Positions 47,906 to 56,900 of a stretch of 58,038 nt of DNA are shown piece after piece (position 1 is the stretch's first letter; each line of letters begins with the position of its first letter). The translations under genes were made by a program, and so were the position numbers. The stretch is from a virus. Lineage: Duplodnaviria; Caudoviricetes. Location of the stretch: IMG/VR virus record IMGVR_UViG_3300023208_000007, positions 1 to 58,038 of that record. The stretch is one strand, 5' to 3'. The notes beneath the pieces were generated by a model. It was not told the origin of the DNA. It ran no database searches and saw nothing but the letters and a program-made list of their open reading frames with translations.

Positions 47906-48517
47906 ATGACTGATTTCACTAAATTCAACATAGCGCTGAAATACTACTTAGTCGGCAAACAATATCACGTAGCGTTGGAAGCTCTTGGTTTTTTGAAGCG
48001 ATACAGCACAGGTCTTCGGAAGGATGGTAAAACTCCTGAAGCTCAGCACGCAATTGAAGTTGCATTGAATGTGATTCTACTAAGAGATGTGCGTGATGAA
48101 GAGCTCACGATTGTGGTTGCACTTCTCCATGACCTCATTGAGGACTACTGTTCGTATGAGGAAATTTTCAATGAATTTGGGGTAGTCGTAGCAGACAAGG
48201 TTTGGCTTCTCTCAAAAAAGGAGAAAATAACAGGTGCAAAGAAGGACCTTGATGAATATTTCGATGGAATCGCAGCTGACTATGTATGTTCGATTGTCAA
48301 AGGATGTGATAGAATAAACAACATTCGAACAATGGTAGGTGTCTTCACGGAGCAGAAGCAGCGTGACTACATGATTGAAACTCACCGGTACTTTTTGCCG
48401 ATGTTAAAGATTGCCGCTGATGACCACCCTCTTCAGCTACTTGCCTATATGGCAATACGAAGAGAGCTGAAGAATCAGATGGTGCTGATTTCAGCAATTT
48501 TGGATGCAAAGAATTAA
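47906..48517 (+). CDS. HD-domain hydrolase, RelA/SpoT hydrolase (Mesh1)-like
   Basis: RKDG.TP..H..EVA, ALLHDLIED, VK.CDRINN. Confidence 0.8.
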   Translation: MTDFTKFNIALKYYLVGKQYHVALEALGFLKRYSTGLRKDGKTPEAQHAIEVALNVILLRDVRDEELTIVVALLHDLIEDYCSYEEIFNEFGVVVADKVWLLSKKEKITGAKKDLDEYFDGIAADYVCSIVKGCDRINNIRTMVGVFTEQKQRDYMIETHRYFLPMLKIAADDHPLQLLAYMAIRRELKNQMVLISAILDAKN

Positions 48518-48518
48518 T

Positions 48519-48592
48519 GTTCGTGTCGGCTAACTGGTTAGGCGGCTAGTTTCTCAGACTGGAAAATGCGGGTTCGACTCCCGTCACGAACT
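48519..48592 (+). tRNA. tRNA-Glu(CUC)
   Basis: ctagt-ttctcag-actgg; acceptor gttcgtg/cacgaac. Confidence 0.82.
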
Positions 48593-48611
48593 CAAATTTT
48601 GGAGATAAGCG

Positions 48612-48806
48612 ATGACTGATCAAAACATAGTTGAAAAATCATATTCTGAAACGCTGATGGATAGAGTTGATCAGTTCGTAGAATTGCAGTTGCAAATTGC
48701 TGAAGCAAAGTAGAGAGTTTTGGAACAAACAGGATTTTACACTGACCGCGAAATTGATAAGCGATCAAGTAGAGATGCTAAGCTCTACAGAATGTTAGAA
48801 GGATAA
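48612..48806 (+). pseudogene. Small ORF with an in-frame TAG (pseudogene or amber read-through)
   Basis: GGAG SD; 33 codons, TAG at 48711, then 30 further sense codons to TAA. Confidence 0.45.
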
Positions 48807-48810
48807 TTTT

Positions 48811-48883
48811 AGCCGCATAGCTCAGTTGGTAGAGCAAACGACCGATAATCGTTAGGTCACAGGTTCAAGTCCTGTTGTGGCTA
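48811..48883 (+). tRNA. tRNA-Ile(GAU)
   Basis: aacga-ccgataa-tcgtt; canonical body. Confidence 0.88.
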
Positions 48884-48889
48884 CATTTT

Positions 48890-48964
48890 AGCCCATTAAC
48901 TCAAAAGTAGAGTACTCCGCTGATAACGGAGAAGTAGTAGGAGCGTTACCTACATGGGCTACCA
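48890..48964 (+). tRNA. tRNA-Ile(GAU), non-canonical T loop
   Basis: ctccg-ctgataa-cggag; T loop agcgtta; encoded CCA. Confidence 0.78.
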
Positions 48965-49006
48965 ATTACCGGAGAATAAAGATGACACGTAATATCAAAA
49001 ATAATT

Positions 49007-49077
49007 ACCCTCGCCGGCGGATTCCGGCCGCAGGCCTTCTAAACCAGCAGGTGGTGGTTCGACTCCACTCGAGGGTG
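49007..49077 (+). tRNA. tRNA-Arg(UCU), atypical
   Basis: accctcg/cgagggt; D arm ccgg-cggatt-ccgg with no linker; loop cttctaa; mismatched anticodon stem. Confidence 0.6.
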
Positions 49078-49096
49078 CAAAAATGAGGAACATTAA

Positions 49097-49555
49097 GTGG
49101 AATACACAACGATAAATGATTGGTTGAAAGAAAACCAGCGCTTAAAGCTTCTTGTTAAGACGCGCCCAAACCTTCGTACTAATGAAATGACGATTTACGT
49201 TGGTTTTGGTTTTCTTCAAAACTTGTATGATACTGAAAAGGATCTTACAGAGACAGACCGCATTTTGCTTGAGTACCCTGAACGCTGGTTAAATATCATT
49301 GAACAGCGTGCTTTGTATAATATGATTTTTGAACGTTGCCCAAATGTCGAAGAAATTATGATCCTCACGCACAGTGTTTACATTATTCAGTGTACACCGG
49401 CTCAATGTTGTTTTATAATAGATGTAGATGAAAGAGACAAGTACAAGGAGAACTATCCATTTGACAAGACAAACAGAATGTCTCCTGAAAATGACGTAAT
49501 GAACTTGCTAGGCTATCAGCACGGTAAGTTGAATGTATTCCAAATGAAATCATAG
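49097..49555 (+). CDS. ABC-ATPase C-terminal-half-like protein (no Walker A)
   Basis: ILLEYPERWL..EQ and IMILTHSVYII resemble Walker B/D-loop and H-loop. Confidence 0.5.
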   Translation: MEYTTINDWLKENQRLKLLVKTRPNLRTNEMTIYVGFGFLQNLYDTEKDLTETDRILLEYPERWLNIIEQRALYNMIFERCPNVEEIMILTHSVYIIQCTPAQCCFIIDVDERDKYKENYPFDKTNRMSPENDVMNLLGYQHGKLNVFQMKS

Positions 49556-49629
49556 TACCGCGACCTAGCTGGCGTTAGGACTAGTCTGCAAAACTATGGA
49601 GCGGGGTTCGATTCCCCGGCGGTACTCCA
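49555..49629 (+). tRNA. tRNA-Cys(GCA)
   Basis: Loop ctgcaaa; U73; encoded CCA. Confidence 0.85.
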
Positions 49630-49653
49630 ATTTAAGAGGTAATCCCATAAAAA

Positions 49654-49854
49654 ATGGAAGAACTTGAACTTCAATCAGAAGATCAGATTGATCTTCAAAA
49701 ACACTGGCAATGGCTCTATAAAACACGTAATTCTCCTCTTTGGGAAATAACTTCCTTTTATGCGACTAAAGAAGAATTTTTAACAATAATGGAAAAAACG
49801 TTAATTGATGTTGAACATTTTTGTAAAGCAAAAATTACGAAAATTAAAGTTTAA
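49654..49854 (+). CDS. Hypothetical protein
   Basis: Open ORF. Confidence 0.5.
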   Translation: MEELELQSEDQIDLQKHWQWLYKTRNSPLWEITSFYATKEEFLTIMEKTLIDVEHFCKAKITKIKV

Positions 49855-49902
49855 ATTTTCACTATAAATAAAAAATAAATCACAAATAATTTGGAGTGAA
49901 AA

Positions 49903-50283
49903 ATGAAGAAACTTGCAATTTTACCTATTTTCTTTTTAAGCGGTTGTGCAACATATGGTAGGTATGAACCTACTGTCGATGTAGCAGCTGATCGTAATCC
50001 TCAATTTCTTCAACAAGATACTGCTGATTGTCGTGAGTTAGCAAAAAATGCTTCAAGCACTGGTAAAAATACTGCAATGGGAGTTGGAGCTGGCGCTCTT
50101 CTTGGCGGGGCGGCCGGGGCAGCAATTGGTGCGGTAGTTGGTAATCCTGCAACTGGAGCTGCGTTAGGTGCTGCTGCAGGTGGTATCGGCGGCGGAGCTA
50201 ACGCTGGAATGGATGCTGATAATCAGTTCAAGCGCGCCTACATCAATTGCATGCGTGGTCGCGGGCATAACGTAATTGATTAA
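49903..50283 (+). CDS. Glycine-zipper lipoprotein
   Basis: LSGC lipobox; GA..GAA.GAA.GA zipper; CMRGRGH; TATAAATA at 49863. Confidence 0.85.
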   Translation: MKKLAILPIFFLSGCATYGRYEPTVDVAADRNPQFLQQDTADCRELAKNASSTGKNTAMGVGAGALLGGAAGAAIGAVVGNPATGAALGAAAGGIGGGANAGMDADNQFKRAYINCMRGRGHNVID

Positions 50284-50291
50284 TAAAAATT

Positions 50292-50525
50292 ATGATGATA
50301 AATATTTTTGATGAACTTTCTAAAGAGACTCTGCAATTAACAGTATTTGAGTTGTTAACATGTGCTGATGAAGTAAAAAATTTGCCTTATCGAGAAGCCC
50401 GTGAAATTGTAAGAGCGAAGGCTGTAAATCTTAATATTTCAGCGGAGATATATGAAGACCTTATTATGGGCATTTTGTTTCAGCGTAATTTTTTTGATGC
50501 AACCAGAGGTGACAGCAATGGCTAA
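50292..50525 (+). CDS. Hypothetical protein
   Basis: Operonic ORF. Confidence 0.55.
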   Translation: MMINIFDELSKETLQLTVFELLTCADEVKNLPYREAREIVRAKAVNLNISAEIYEDLIMGILFQRNFFDATRGDSNG

Positions 50526-50688
50526 TAAAGCGTACAAAGTCGAACTTTCAATTAAACCAGGTCAACCTAACTCTATGAGACAGCACTTGTCAGTTATAAT
50601 TGAAGCCCCCTCGCAGCCAGCTGCTCGCTCGATGGCTGAAGCTCAGTATGGGTCTCACTACCGAATCCTTTCAGTATTCCAGCGGTAA
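50518..50688 (+). CDS. Small hypothetical protein
   Basis: GAGGT SD; IEA....AR.MAEAQYG. Confidence 0.6.
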   Translation: MANKAYKVELSIKPGQPNSMRQHLSVIIEAPSQPAARSMAEAQYGSHYRILSVFQR

Positions 50689-50697
50689 TGGTTGACT

Positions 50698-50770
50698 GAG
50701 TCTATAGTTTAAAAGTAAAACACCGAACTCATAATTCGGCAGATGCAGGTGCAAGACTCTGCTGGACTCA
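50698..50770 (+). tRNA. tRNA with CAU anticodon (Met or Ile2)
   Basis: ccgaa-ctcataa-ttcgg; irregular T arm. Confidence 0.72.
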
Positions 50771-50777
50771 CTTTAAG

Positions 50778-51407
50778 ATGAATTATCATTTCATTTATAA
50801 AATTACTTGTTTACTAACAGACCAATATTATATTGGAATGCATTCTACAAATAATTTAAACGATGGATATTTTGGAAGTGGAAAAAGATTAAAAACATCA
50901 ATAAAGCGTTTTGGTAAAGAAAACCATAAATTTGAAATAATTGAATTTCTTAAAAATAGAAAAGAATTATCAAAACGTGAAAAAGAAATTGTTAATGAAA
51001 AATTAATTGGTGACATTTTATGTTTAAATGTTGCAAATGGCGGAGAAGGTGGTTTTATAAGTAAATATGGTGCAAGTAAAGGCGGGTTAAGTTGGCAAAA
51101 AAATATAACAAAAAATGAATTTTCAAGAAGAGCAAAAAAAGCAAATAACACAACAAAAGAACGCCATAACGTTGTTTTATCATTTAAAAACAGAAAACAT
51201 AATGAAGAAACTAAGCAGAAAATTGGTTTAGCTAATTCAGCTCATCAAAAAGGAGAAGGTAATTCTCAATTTGGTAAGATGTGGATTTATAATTGTGACA
51301 CCTTAGAAAGTGTTAGAATTATGAAAACAGAACCTATTCCAGAAGGCTGGGTTAAAGGAAGAAAAATAAAGAATGCCAAAAGCAGAAGAAGTAAAATATC
51401 TCCGTGA
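50778..51407 (+). mobile_element. Seg-like GIY-YIG/NUMOD3 homing endonuclease next to a tRNA
   Basis: IYKIT..YYIGMHST..GYFGSG; KHNEETKQKI; GEGNSQFG.MWI; GWVKGR. Confidence 0.85.
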
Positions 51408-51564
51408 AACTCTTGGAATTAGTCTGCAGGAGGAGGCGGCAATTCTTCGAAAAAACGAAGTAAAAGAATCTTTAAATTGGTTAGTGGATAATGCAAAAAG
51501 TCTTGATGATATAAAATCAATTCTAAAAAGATTAGGAAATGATATTTTCAAAATAGAAGAATAA
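51373..51564 (+). CDS. Hypothetical protein
   Basis: AAGGA SD. Confidence 0.5.
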   Translation: MPKAEEVKYLRETLGISLQEEAAILRKNEVKESLNWLVDNAKSLDDIKSILKRLGNDIFKIEE

Positions 51565-51715
51565 ATATGAGATGGTACATTATAGCTATAGGCGTCCTAA
51601 TAATTCTGTATGGGTTATTTCGGCTAATCAAAAACCATAAAACACGAGAAGGAACACTTGAGGTTATTCTCGGCATTTTTGAAATCATAGGCGAAATCTT
51701 AGGAGCACTAGTTTA

Positions 51716-52246
51716 ATGCTAAAAACAGATACACATTTATTCTTTTGGAAGGAAAAATTTTCAAATTGGTTCTTCTCTCCAATTGTTTTTACTGATCCAT
51801 TTTCTGGCGCATCAATTAATTTCACTTGCACTGAACAGTCGTTTATGTATTTCAAGGCTATCACATTTGATGACTATGAAACTGCCAACAAAATTATAGC
51901 TGCTCAAACTCCAAAAGAACAGAAAGAACTTGGACGACAAGTGAAAAATTTTAATCAAGGCGTTTGGGATGACGAAAAGTTTGCCTGTATGTACTGGGCA
52001 AACGCAATGAAATACACACAGCATGAAAACCTTAAAGCTGAATTAATTGCAACAACACCACTAAAATTAGTTGAAGCAAGTCCAGTTGATAAGATTTGGG
52101 GAATAGGATTAGCTGAAGATAATCCTCTTGCGCTCGATGAAGCTACTTGGCAAGGACAAAATTTATTAGGAGAGTGTTTAACACAATTGCGTAATGACAT
52201 TATTGCCGGAAACGTCGTTGACATTAAGACTGGACTTTTATTTTAA
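51716..52246 (+). CDS. NADAR family protein (YbiA/T4 gp30.3-like)
   Basis: FSNW, EQ.FMY.KA..F.D, K.LGR.V, VEASP.DKIWGIG, GQNLLG..L..R. Confidence 0.92.
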   Translation: MLKTDTHLFFWKEKFSNWFFSPIVFTDPFSGASINFTCTEQSFMYFKAITFDDYETANKIIAAQTPKEQKELGRQVKNFNQGVWDDEKFACMYWANAMKYTQHENLKAELIATTPLKLVEASPVDKIWGIGLAEDNPLALDEATWQGQNLLGECLTQLRNDIIAGNVVDIKTGLLF

Positions 52247-52310
52247 AGATTGTATTTTTAAGCAGCCGCGATTTATAATAGCCACGTTCAATTAAGACGT
52301 GGAGGTTGTT

Positions 52311-52898
52311 ATGTACGATTATGATGAAAAGGTTTATGTTCCAAACTTAGTCGAAACTTTTTCAAAAGCTAAAGAACGCAATGGTGCTTTTGGAAATATG
52401 ACGGGTGGTTTCCCATTGATTGTGGGAAATGTTAGGGCAAATTGTTCTGAAAGTTTGTACCAGTCACTTCGCTTCACATCATATCCTAATTTACAACGGG
52501 AAATTTTACCTCTTGGTGGAATGGGTTGTAAAATGTCTTCCAAAAAGTACAGAAAGGATTTCACGCGTTCAGATTGGGATGATGTCAGAGTTGATTTTAT
52601 GGAATGGGTAATCAGAGTTAAACTTGCTTGTCATCCAATCAATTTTGGTCTCTTACTTCTCGCAACTCAAGGACGTCAAATTGTAGAATTTTCAAAAAAG
52701 GATAGTTTTTGGGGTGCAAAGCCTCAAGTTGATGGAACTTTGAAAGGTCAGAATGTTTTAGGTCAGATTCTTATGAAAGTAAGAGATGATTATAGAAGTG
52801 ATAGAGCCAATGGAGTTGAAATCTATAAGACTGTTAGACCTGTCGATGTTGAAAACTTTTCGTTGTACGGGAATCCCATAGGAGTTCTGACTTTCTAA
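52311..52898 (+). CDS. Second NADAR family protein
   Basis: GNM, SESLYQ..RF, DWD..M, IVE.S.KD.FWG, GQNVLG..LM.VR. Confidence 0.85.
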   Translation: MYDYDEKVYVPNLVETFSKAKERNGAFGNMTGGFPLIVGNVRANCSESLYQSLRFTSYPNLQREILPLGGMGCKMSSKKYRKDFTRSDWDDVRVDFMEWVIRVKLACHPINFGLLLLATQGRQIVEFSKKDSFWGAKPQVDGTLKGQNVLGQILMKVRDDYRSDRANGVEIYKTVRPVDVENFSLYGNPIGVLTF

Positions 52899-53001
52899 AA
52901 TCATTTTCAGTCTGATATCTATAAATAAATTCAGTCAGAATAAAATCTGACTGAATGTTTAATTGTTTAATTGTTTATTTTAATTTGTTTGGAGAAAGTT
53001 T

Positions 53002-54066
53002 ATGAAAAACTATATTGGCATTTCTCGAGATCACTCGGGCTCAATGAGCCATCTTCGTCGTCCTGCAGCTGCAGATTACAACGCCAACATCGAAGTTATT
53101 AAGGAAAACGCGCTTTCCAGCGGTCAAGACACCATCGTTTCCGTTGCTGAATGTGGCGTCAATGATGGAAACTACAGAGCAGTTTCACGCATTGTAGTTA
53201 CAAATTCAAGCGTTCAGGCTCTTCAGCCAATGTCAACGGCTGATTATCACGCCGATGGTCGTGCAACTCCGCTTTTCGATAGCGTTGGTCAATTAATCGA
53301 GCTTTTCGAAAGTGTACCTGATTACAACGATCCTGAAGTTTCCTTCCTCGTAATGGCAATTACTGACGGTGAGCACAACCAAGACGGCGCCTGGAACGCG
53401 GCAAAGTTATCTGCTAAAATCAAGCAACTTCAAGCAACTGATCGTTGGTCATTTGTTTTTCGCGTTCCGCGTGGTTACGCGCAACGTCTCTCTCGTATGC
53501 TTGGAATCCCAATGGGTAATATCCTTGAATGGGAACAGAGTGAACGTGGTGTTGAAGCGGCTTCGCAGTCTACCCGCGCTGCCTTCAACTCATACTACCA
53601 GAGTCGTTCAGCCGGTTCTACCTCAACCACGAAGTTCTTTACTGATCTCAGTAGTGTTTCAACAGATGATTTGGCAGAAGCTGCAATTGACGTTTCAGGA
53701 CAGATTACACTTTGGACTGTTAACAGTGGTGAGCAAGACACTGGTATTCGTGAGCTTGTTGAAGCTCGTCTAGGTGGAAATCAGAAAATGAAGAAAGGAG
53801 CGGCTTTCTATCAGCTTACAAAAACTGAATCAAACGTTCAGTCTTACAAGCAAATCATTGTTCGTGACAAGAATACTGGCATTATTTACGCTGGCGGAAC
53901 CCGGGGGCTGCTTGGTCTTCCCAACAACCAGAATATTCGTCTAGCACCTGGAAATCATGATCATTACGATATTTTCATTCAGTCAACGTCAGTAAACCGT
54001 AAATGTCCAGCTGGTTCAACGGTTCTTTACTGGCCTAATGTTGGAGTTCCATTTAAAAATTCTTAA
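53002..54066 (+). CDS. vWA domain protein
   Basis: DHSGSM, TPLFDSVG, ITDGE; TATAAATA at 52920. Confidence 0.85.
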   Translation: MKNYIGISRDHSGSMSHLRRPAAADYNANIEVIKENALSSGQDTIVSVAECGVNDGNYRAVSRIVVTNSSVQALQPMSTADYHADGRATPLFDSVGQLIELFESVPDYNDPEVSFLVMAITDGEHNQDGAWNAAKLSAKIKQLQATDRWSFVFRVPRGYAQRLSRMLGIPMGNILEWEQSERGVEAASQSTRAAFNSYYQSRSAGSTSTTKFFTDLSSVSTDDLAEAAIDVSGQITLWTVNSGEQDTGIRELVEARLGGNQKMKKGAAFYQLTKTESNVQSYKQIIVRDKNTGIIYAGGTRGLLGLPNNQNIRLAPGNHDHYDIFIQSTSVNRKCPAGSTVLYWPNVGVPFKNS

Positions 54067-54875
54067 AGATTTAAAAGCTTTTTTAATAAACGGCGATTAA
54101 TTCCAAGAGTAATCATAGCTTCTTTTTTACAGTCATATTGAATTCCATTTATAATGACTGGGATTGCTCTTGGATTCCCACCATTTTTAAAATTTTTAGT
54201 TCGGTTAATTATTGCTTCTTTACTTTGTTTCTTACCTTTTTTGGTCAGTGACATTTTTAATTTGGCTTCCAATGAATGTTTTTTGCCTTTATTATTTTCT
54301 GAAATTTTTTGACGTGTATCAAAGTTGTGATGTTTATCTTTAAAAGAAGCAAATTTTGCTTTTCTTTCTTCAGAAGACATATTTGCTATGGTTATTTGTG
54401 CTTTTTTACCGCCAAAACCAAATTTTGCTTTTCTTTCTTCAGAAGACATATTTGCTATGGTTTTATTTCTTGTTAATTTTTGTTTTTCAATTGACCATAA
54501 AGGTTTAGACTTACCTTTTAGCGCTTTCGATATATTATTGCGATGTTCTAAAGTAGTAAATTTTCTTGAAGGATATAAAGTGCCTTTTAAAGCTTTGTTT
54601 AAGTTTAATTTATCATCAATATTATCTTGAATAAGTTGAAATTCAAACTCAAAAGCATCGTGTTTTGTAAAAAATTCAGCTAAAATAGTGATTTCAAAAT
54701 TTTCAAATCCTAATTCTTTTATTGTTTTTGATGATGTAAAATATTTTTTACCTAAATCAGACGTTGATGGAACCTTGTTTGCGCTACGATATCCAAAATA
54801 ATATTGTTTAGTAGTTTTATGCGTTAGTAAATAAACATATGGTAAAATACGTTCGGATACAAATTGACAGTTCAT
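54063..54875 (-). mobile_element. Free-standing homing endonuclease (GIY-YIG-like with NUMOD3), paralog of 31783-32613
   Basis: PYVY..YYFGYR..YFTSS..ILAEFF; KHSLEAK; duplicated vWA gene end at 54909-54956. Confidence 0.85.
54350..54462. repeat. ~44-nt direct repeat inside the endonuclease gene
   Basis: caaattttgcttttctttcttcagaagacatatttgctatggtt at 54350 and 54419 (TIANMSSEERKAKF twice). Confidence 0.9.
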
Positions 54876-54908
54876 ATAAATATTTCTTTAAAAAAAGATA
54901 TTTATACT

Positions 54909-54956
54909 TGGCCTAATGTTGGTGTAAGTTTTAAGGAAGGTAAATCAGCTTTCTAA
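54909..54956 (+). pseudogene. Displaced original 3' end of the vWA gene 53002
   Basis: WPNVGVSFKEGKSAF* versus the current WPNVGVPFKNS*; 14 identical nt tggcctaatgttgg. Confidence 0.8.
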
Positions 54957-54963
54957 ATTGACA

Positions 54964-55038
54964 AGTGTCATCATCTAAATGGTAAAAGACCTCCTCTCTT
55001 TAAGTGGAGAAATGTAGGTTCGAGTCCTACTGACACTT
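54964..55038 (+). tRNA. Atypical tRNA, loop UCUUUAA (UUU anticodon with C33); identity uncertain
   Basis: agtgtca/tgacact acceptor; canonical T arm; U73. Confidence 0.6.
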
Positions 55039-55131
55039 CTTTTATTTTCAACCAGATATGTACATTTTATAGTTTCAAATTATAATTAAACCAATGCCAA
55101 TCTATTAGCAATGATGCTATGAAAGGACACG

Positions 55132-56025
55132 ATGTTACAAACTGCTAAATTTCAAAAGTGTATTTTAGATTCATTAGATGAACAAATCGCAATAATTTTG
55201 AAATCTGGACAAATTGTATATGTTAATTCTGCCTGGGTTCAATTTGGGCGCAATAATGGTGCGCCTCCAGATTATGATTGGATTGGCAAAAATTATCTTC
55301 AAGCGTGTAAAGAAGCTACCCCATTAATTTCAGACGGGTTAAAACGTTTCATAGCTGGTAAGATTGATTGGTTTGAACATGAATACCCTTGCGAAGTAAG
55401 CGGTAAAAGTCGCTGGTTTATGATGAAAATTACTCGTTTAAATGATGAGTACACTGATCATTTTTGCATAATGCACCTTGATATTACGCAGCGAAAGTTA
55501 AATGAACTAAAAATTGAGCAGCTTTCAAGAATTGATCATTTAACTGGGCTTGCAAATCGTCGAGCATTTGATGAAGTTTTGAGTTCTGAGTGGAAAAGAG
55601 CTGTTCGCTTTAAGCATAATTTAACGCTTATAATGCTAGATGTAGATCACTTTAAGTTGTATAATGATACTTTTGGTCATGCTCGAGGTGATAAAGTACT
55701 GGCAAAAATTGGAGAAACTTTAAAAGAATTTGCAAAGCGACCTGGTGATTTATCTGCTCGTTATGGTGGTGAAGAATTTGCACTAATTTTAGCAGCAACA
55801 AGTAAAACATCATCACTTTGTATAGCGACGCAGATTAGAAAAACAATTGAAAAGTTAAATATTGCGCATGTAAAAAACTGCGTTACAGTAAGTGTTGGAG
55901 TTGCAACAATAAAACCAAGACGCGAAGAACATTTTTCAATGTTAATTGAAGCAGCGGATGAAGCACTTTATGAAGCAAAACACGCAGGCAGAAACTGTGT
56001 GAAGTGTTCTTGTAAGTGTAAGTAG
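55132..56025 (+). CDS. PAS-GGDEF diguanylate cyclase
   Basis: PAS segment; DHLTGLANRR, DVDHFK.YND.FGH..GD, RPGD I-site, RYGGEEF, AD.ALY.AK..GRN. Confidence 0.93.
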   Translation: MLQTAKFQKCILDSLDEQIAIILKSGQIVYVNSAWVQFGRNNGAPPDYDWIGKNYLQACKEATPLISDGLKRFIAGKIDWFEHEYPCEVSGKSRWFMMKITRLNDEYTDHFCIMHLDITQRKLNELKIEQLSRIDHLTGLANRRAFDEVLSSEWKRAVRFKHNLTLIMLDVDHFKLYNDTFGHARGDKVLAKIGETLKEFAKRPGDLSARYGGEEFALILAATSKTSSLCIATQIRKTIEKLNIAHVKNCVTVSVGVATIKPRREEHFSMLIEAADEALYEAKHAGRNCVKCSCKCK

Positions 56026-56045
56026 ATTTTTATAAATAAAATAAA

Positions 56046-56118
56046 CGTGGTATGGCCGAAAAGTGAAGCGCCAGATTCATAACCTGGTTTTAAGTGGGAG
56101 CGTTACCCACTACCACGA
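56046..56118 (+). tRNA. tRNA with CAU anticodon (Met), non-canonical T loop
   Basis: Loop ttcataa; T loop agcgtta; TATAAATA at 56031. Confidence 0.72.
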
Positions 56119-56182
56119 CATCTTAACTTTTAAAGGAGAATGACAATGCGAACGTGAACTTAACAACAAAGGAGCACTTAGC

Positions 56183-56497
56183 ATGTCAAGAACCATTCGC
56201 CGCAAAACTAATTTTTCTCTTTGGCAGGAAGATTGGTATACTTGTGAATCTCGTTACGATAAACTTGTTGGTCGTGGCTGGATTTATAATAGACGTGTCT
56301 TTAAAAAAGGTAAGGAATTTAAAAAAGGATGGTGGAAATTTCATGGCGACGGTAAAGAATGGCGCCATTGTAAAACTTTCAATCTATCTTGGAGCGCTGT
56401 TCGCGCTGGTAATCGCGTAAATATTGCCAAATTTTTTCGTGACGATGAATATGATTTGATACCGTTTGATTTAAAAAGGAAACGTGATTGGGATTAA
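56183..56497 (+). CDS. Basic Trp-rich hypothetical protein (MSRTIRRK)
   Basis: AAGGAG SD. Confidence 0.65.
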   Translation: MSRTIRRKTNFSLWQEDWYTCESRYDKLVGRGWIYNRRVFKKGKEFKKGWWKFHGDGKEWRHCKTFNLSWSAVRAGNRVNIAKFFRDDEYDLIPFDLKRKRDWD

Positions 56498-56501
56498 TGG
56501 G

Positions 56502-56759
56502 ATGCATTTTTCTATAAAGCATGATTTTTGTAAAATTTTAATATGCATTGAGCATATCGGGAAAGAAATATCTGAAAATATTGATTTAGATGTTTTAGGT
56601 TATGTAAAGGACAATTCAGGGATTGATCTTCATAAAATTTTAAATTCATGTGTTTTTAATCTTTTCAAAGAAAATGAAATTAAAATTTCATATGATGAAG
56701 AAAAGTCTATTAGAAATAAAATAAAGCATTTTTGTGAAACGGATTTAAAGCTGATGTAG
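56502..56759 (+). CDS. Hypothetical protein
   Basis: Open ORF whose TAG stop overlaps tRNA-Thr; start uncertain. Confidence 0.4.
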   Translation: MHFSIKHDFCKILICIEHIGKEISENIDLDVLGYVKDNSGIDLHKILNSCVFNLFKENEIKISYDEEKSIRNKIKHFCETDLKLM

Positions 56760-56822
56760 CTCAGTCGGTAGAGCACTTCATTGGTAATGAAGAGGTCACG
56801 GGTTCGATTCCCGTCATCAGCT
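56750..56822 (+). tRNA. tRNA-Thr(GGU)
   Basis: cttca-ttggtaa-tgaag; canonical. Confidence 0.93.
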
Positions 56823-56828
56823 CAAGTT

Positions 56829-56900
56829 GCCTCCATAGTTTAGATGGCAAAACAGGAAATTCGTAATTTTCAGTCCTCAGTTCGAGACTGAGTGGAGGCT
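56829..56900 (+). tRNA. tRNA-Thr(CGU)
   Basis: Loop ttcgtaa; gcctcca/tggaggc. Confidence 0.85.

Noticed and set aside
49007-49077. Second amber suppressor (reading CTA in the loop)
   Set aside because: Stem symmetry centres the loop on TCT, and the body matches the other Arg tRNA.
48982-49086. ORF running through tRNA-Arg(UCU)
   Set aside because: Most of it is tRNA sequence; probably a stranded gene start or a chance frame.
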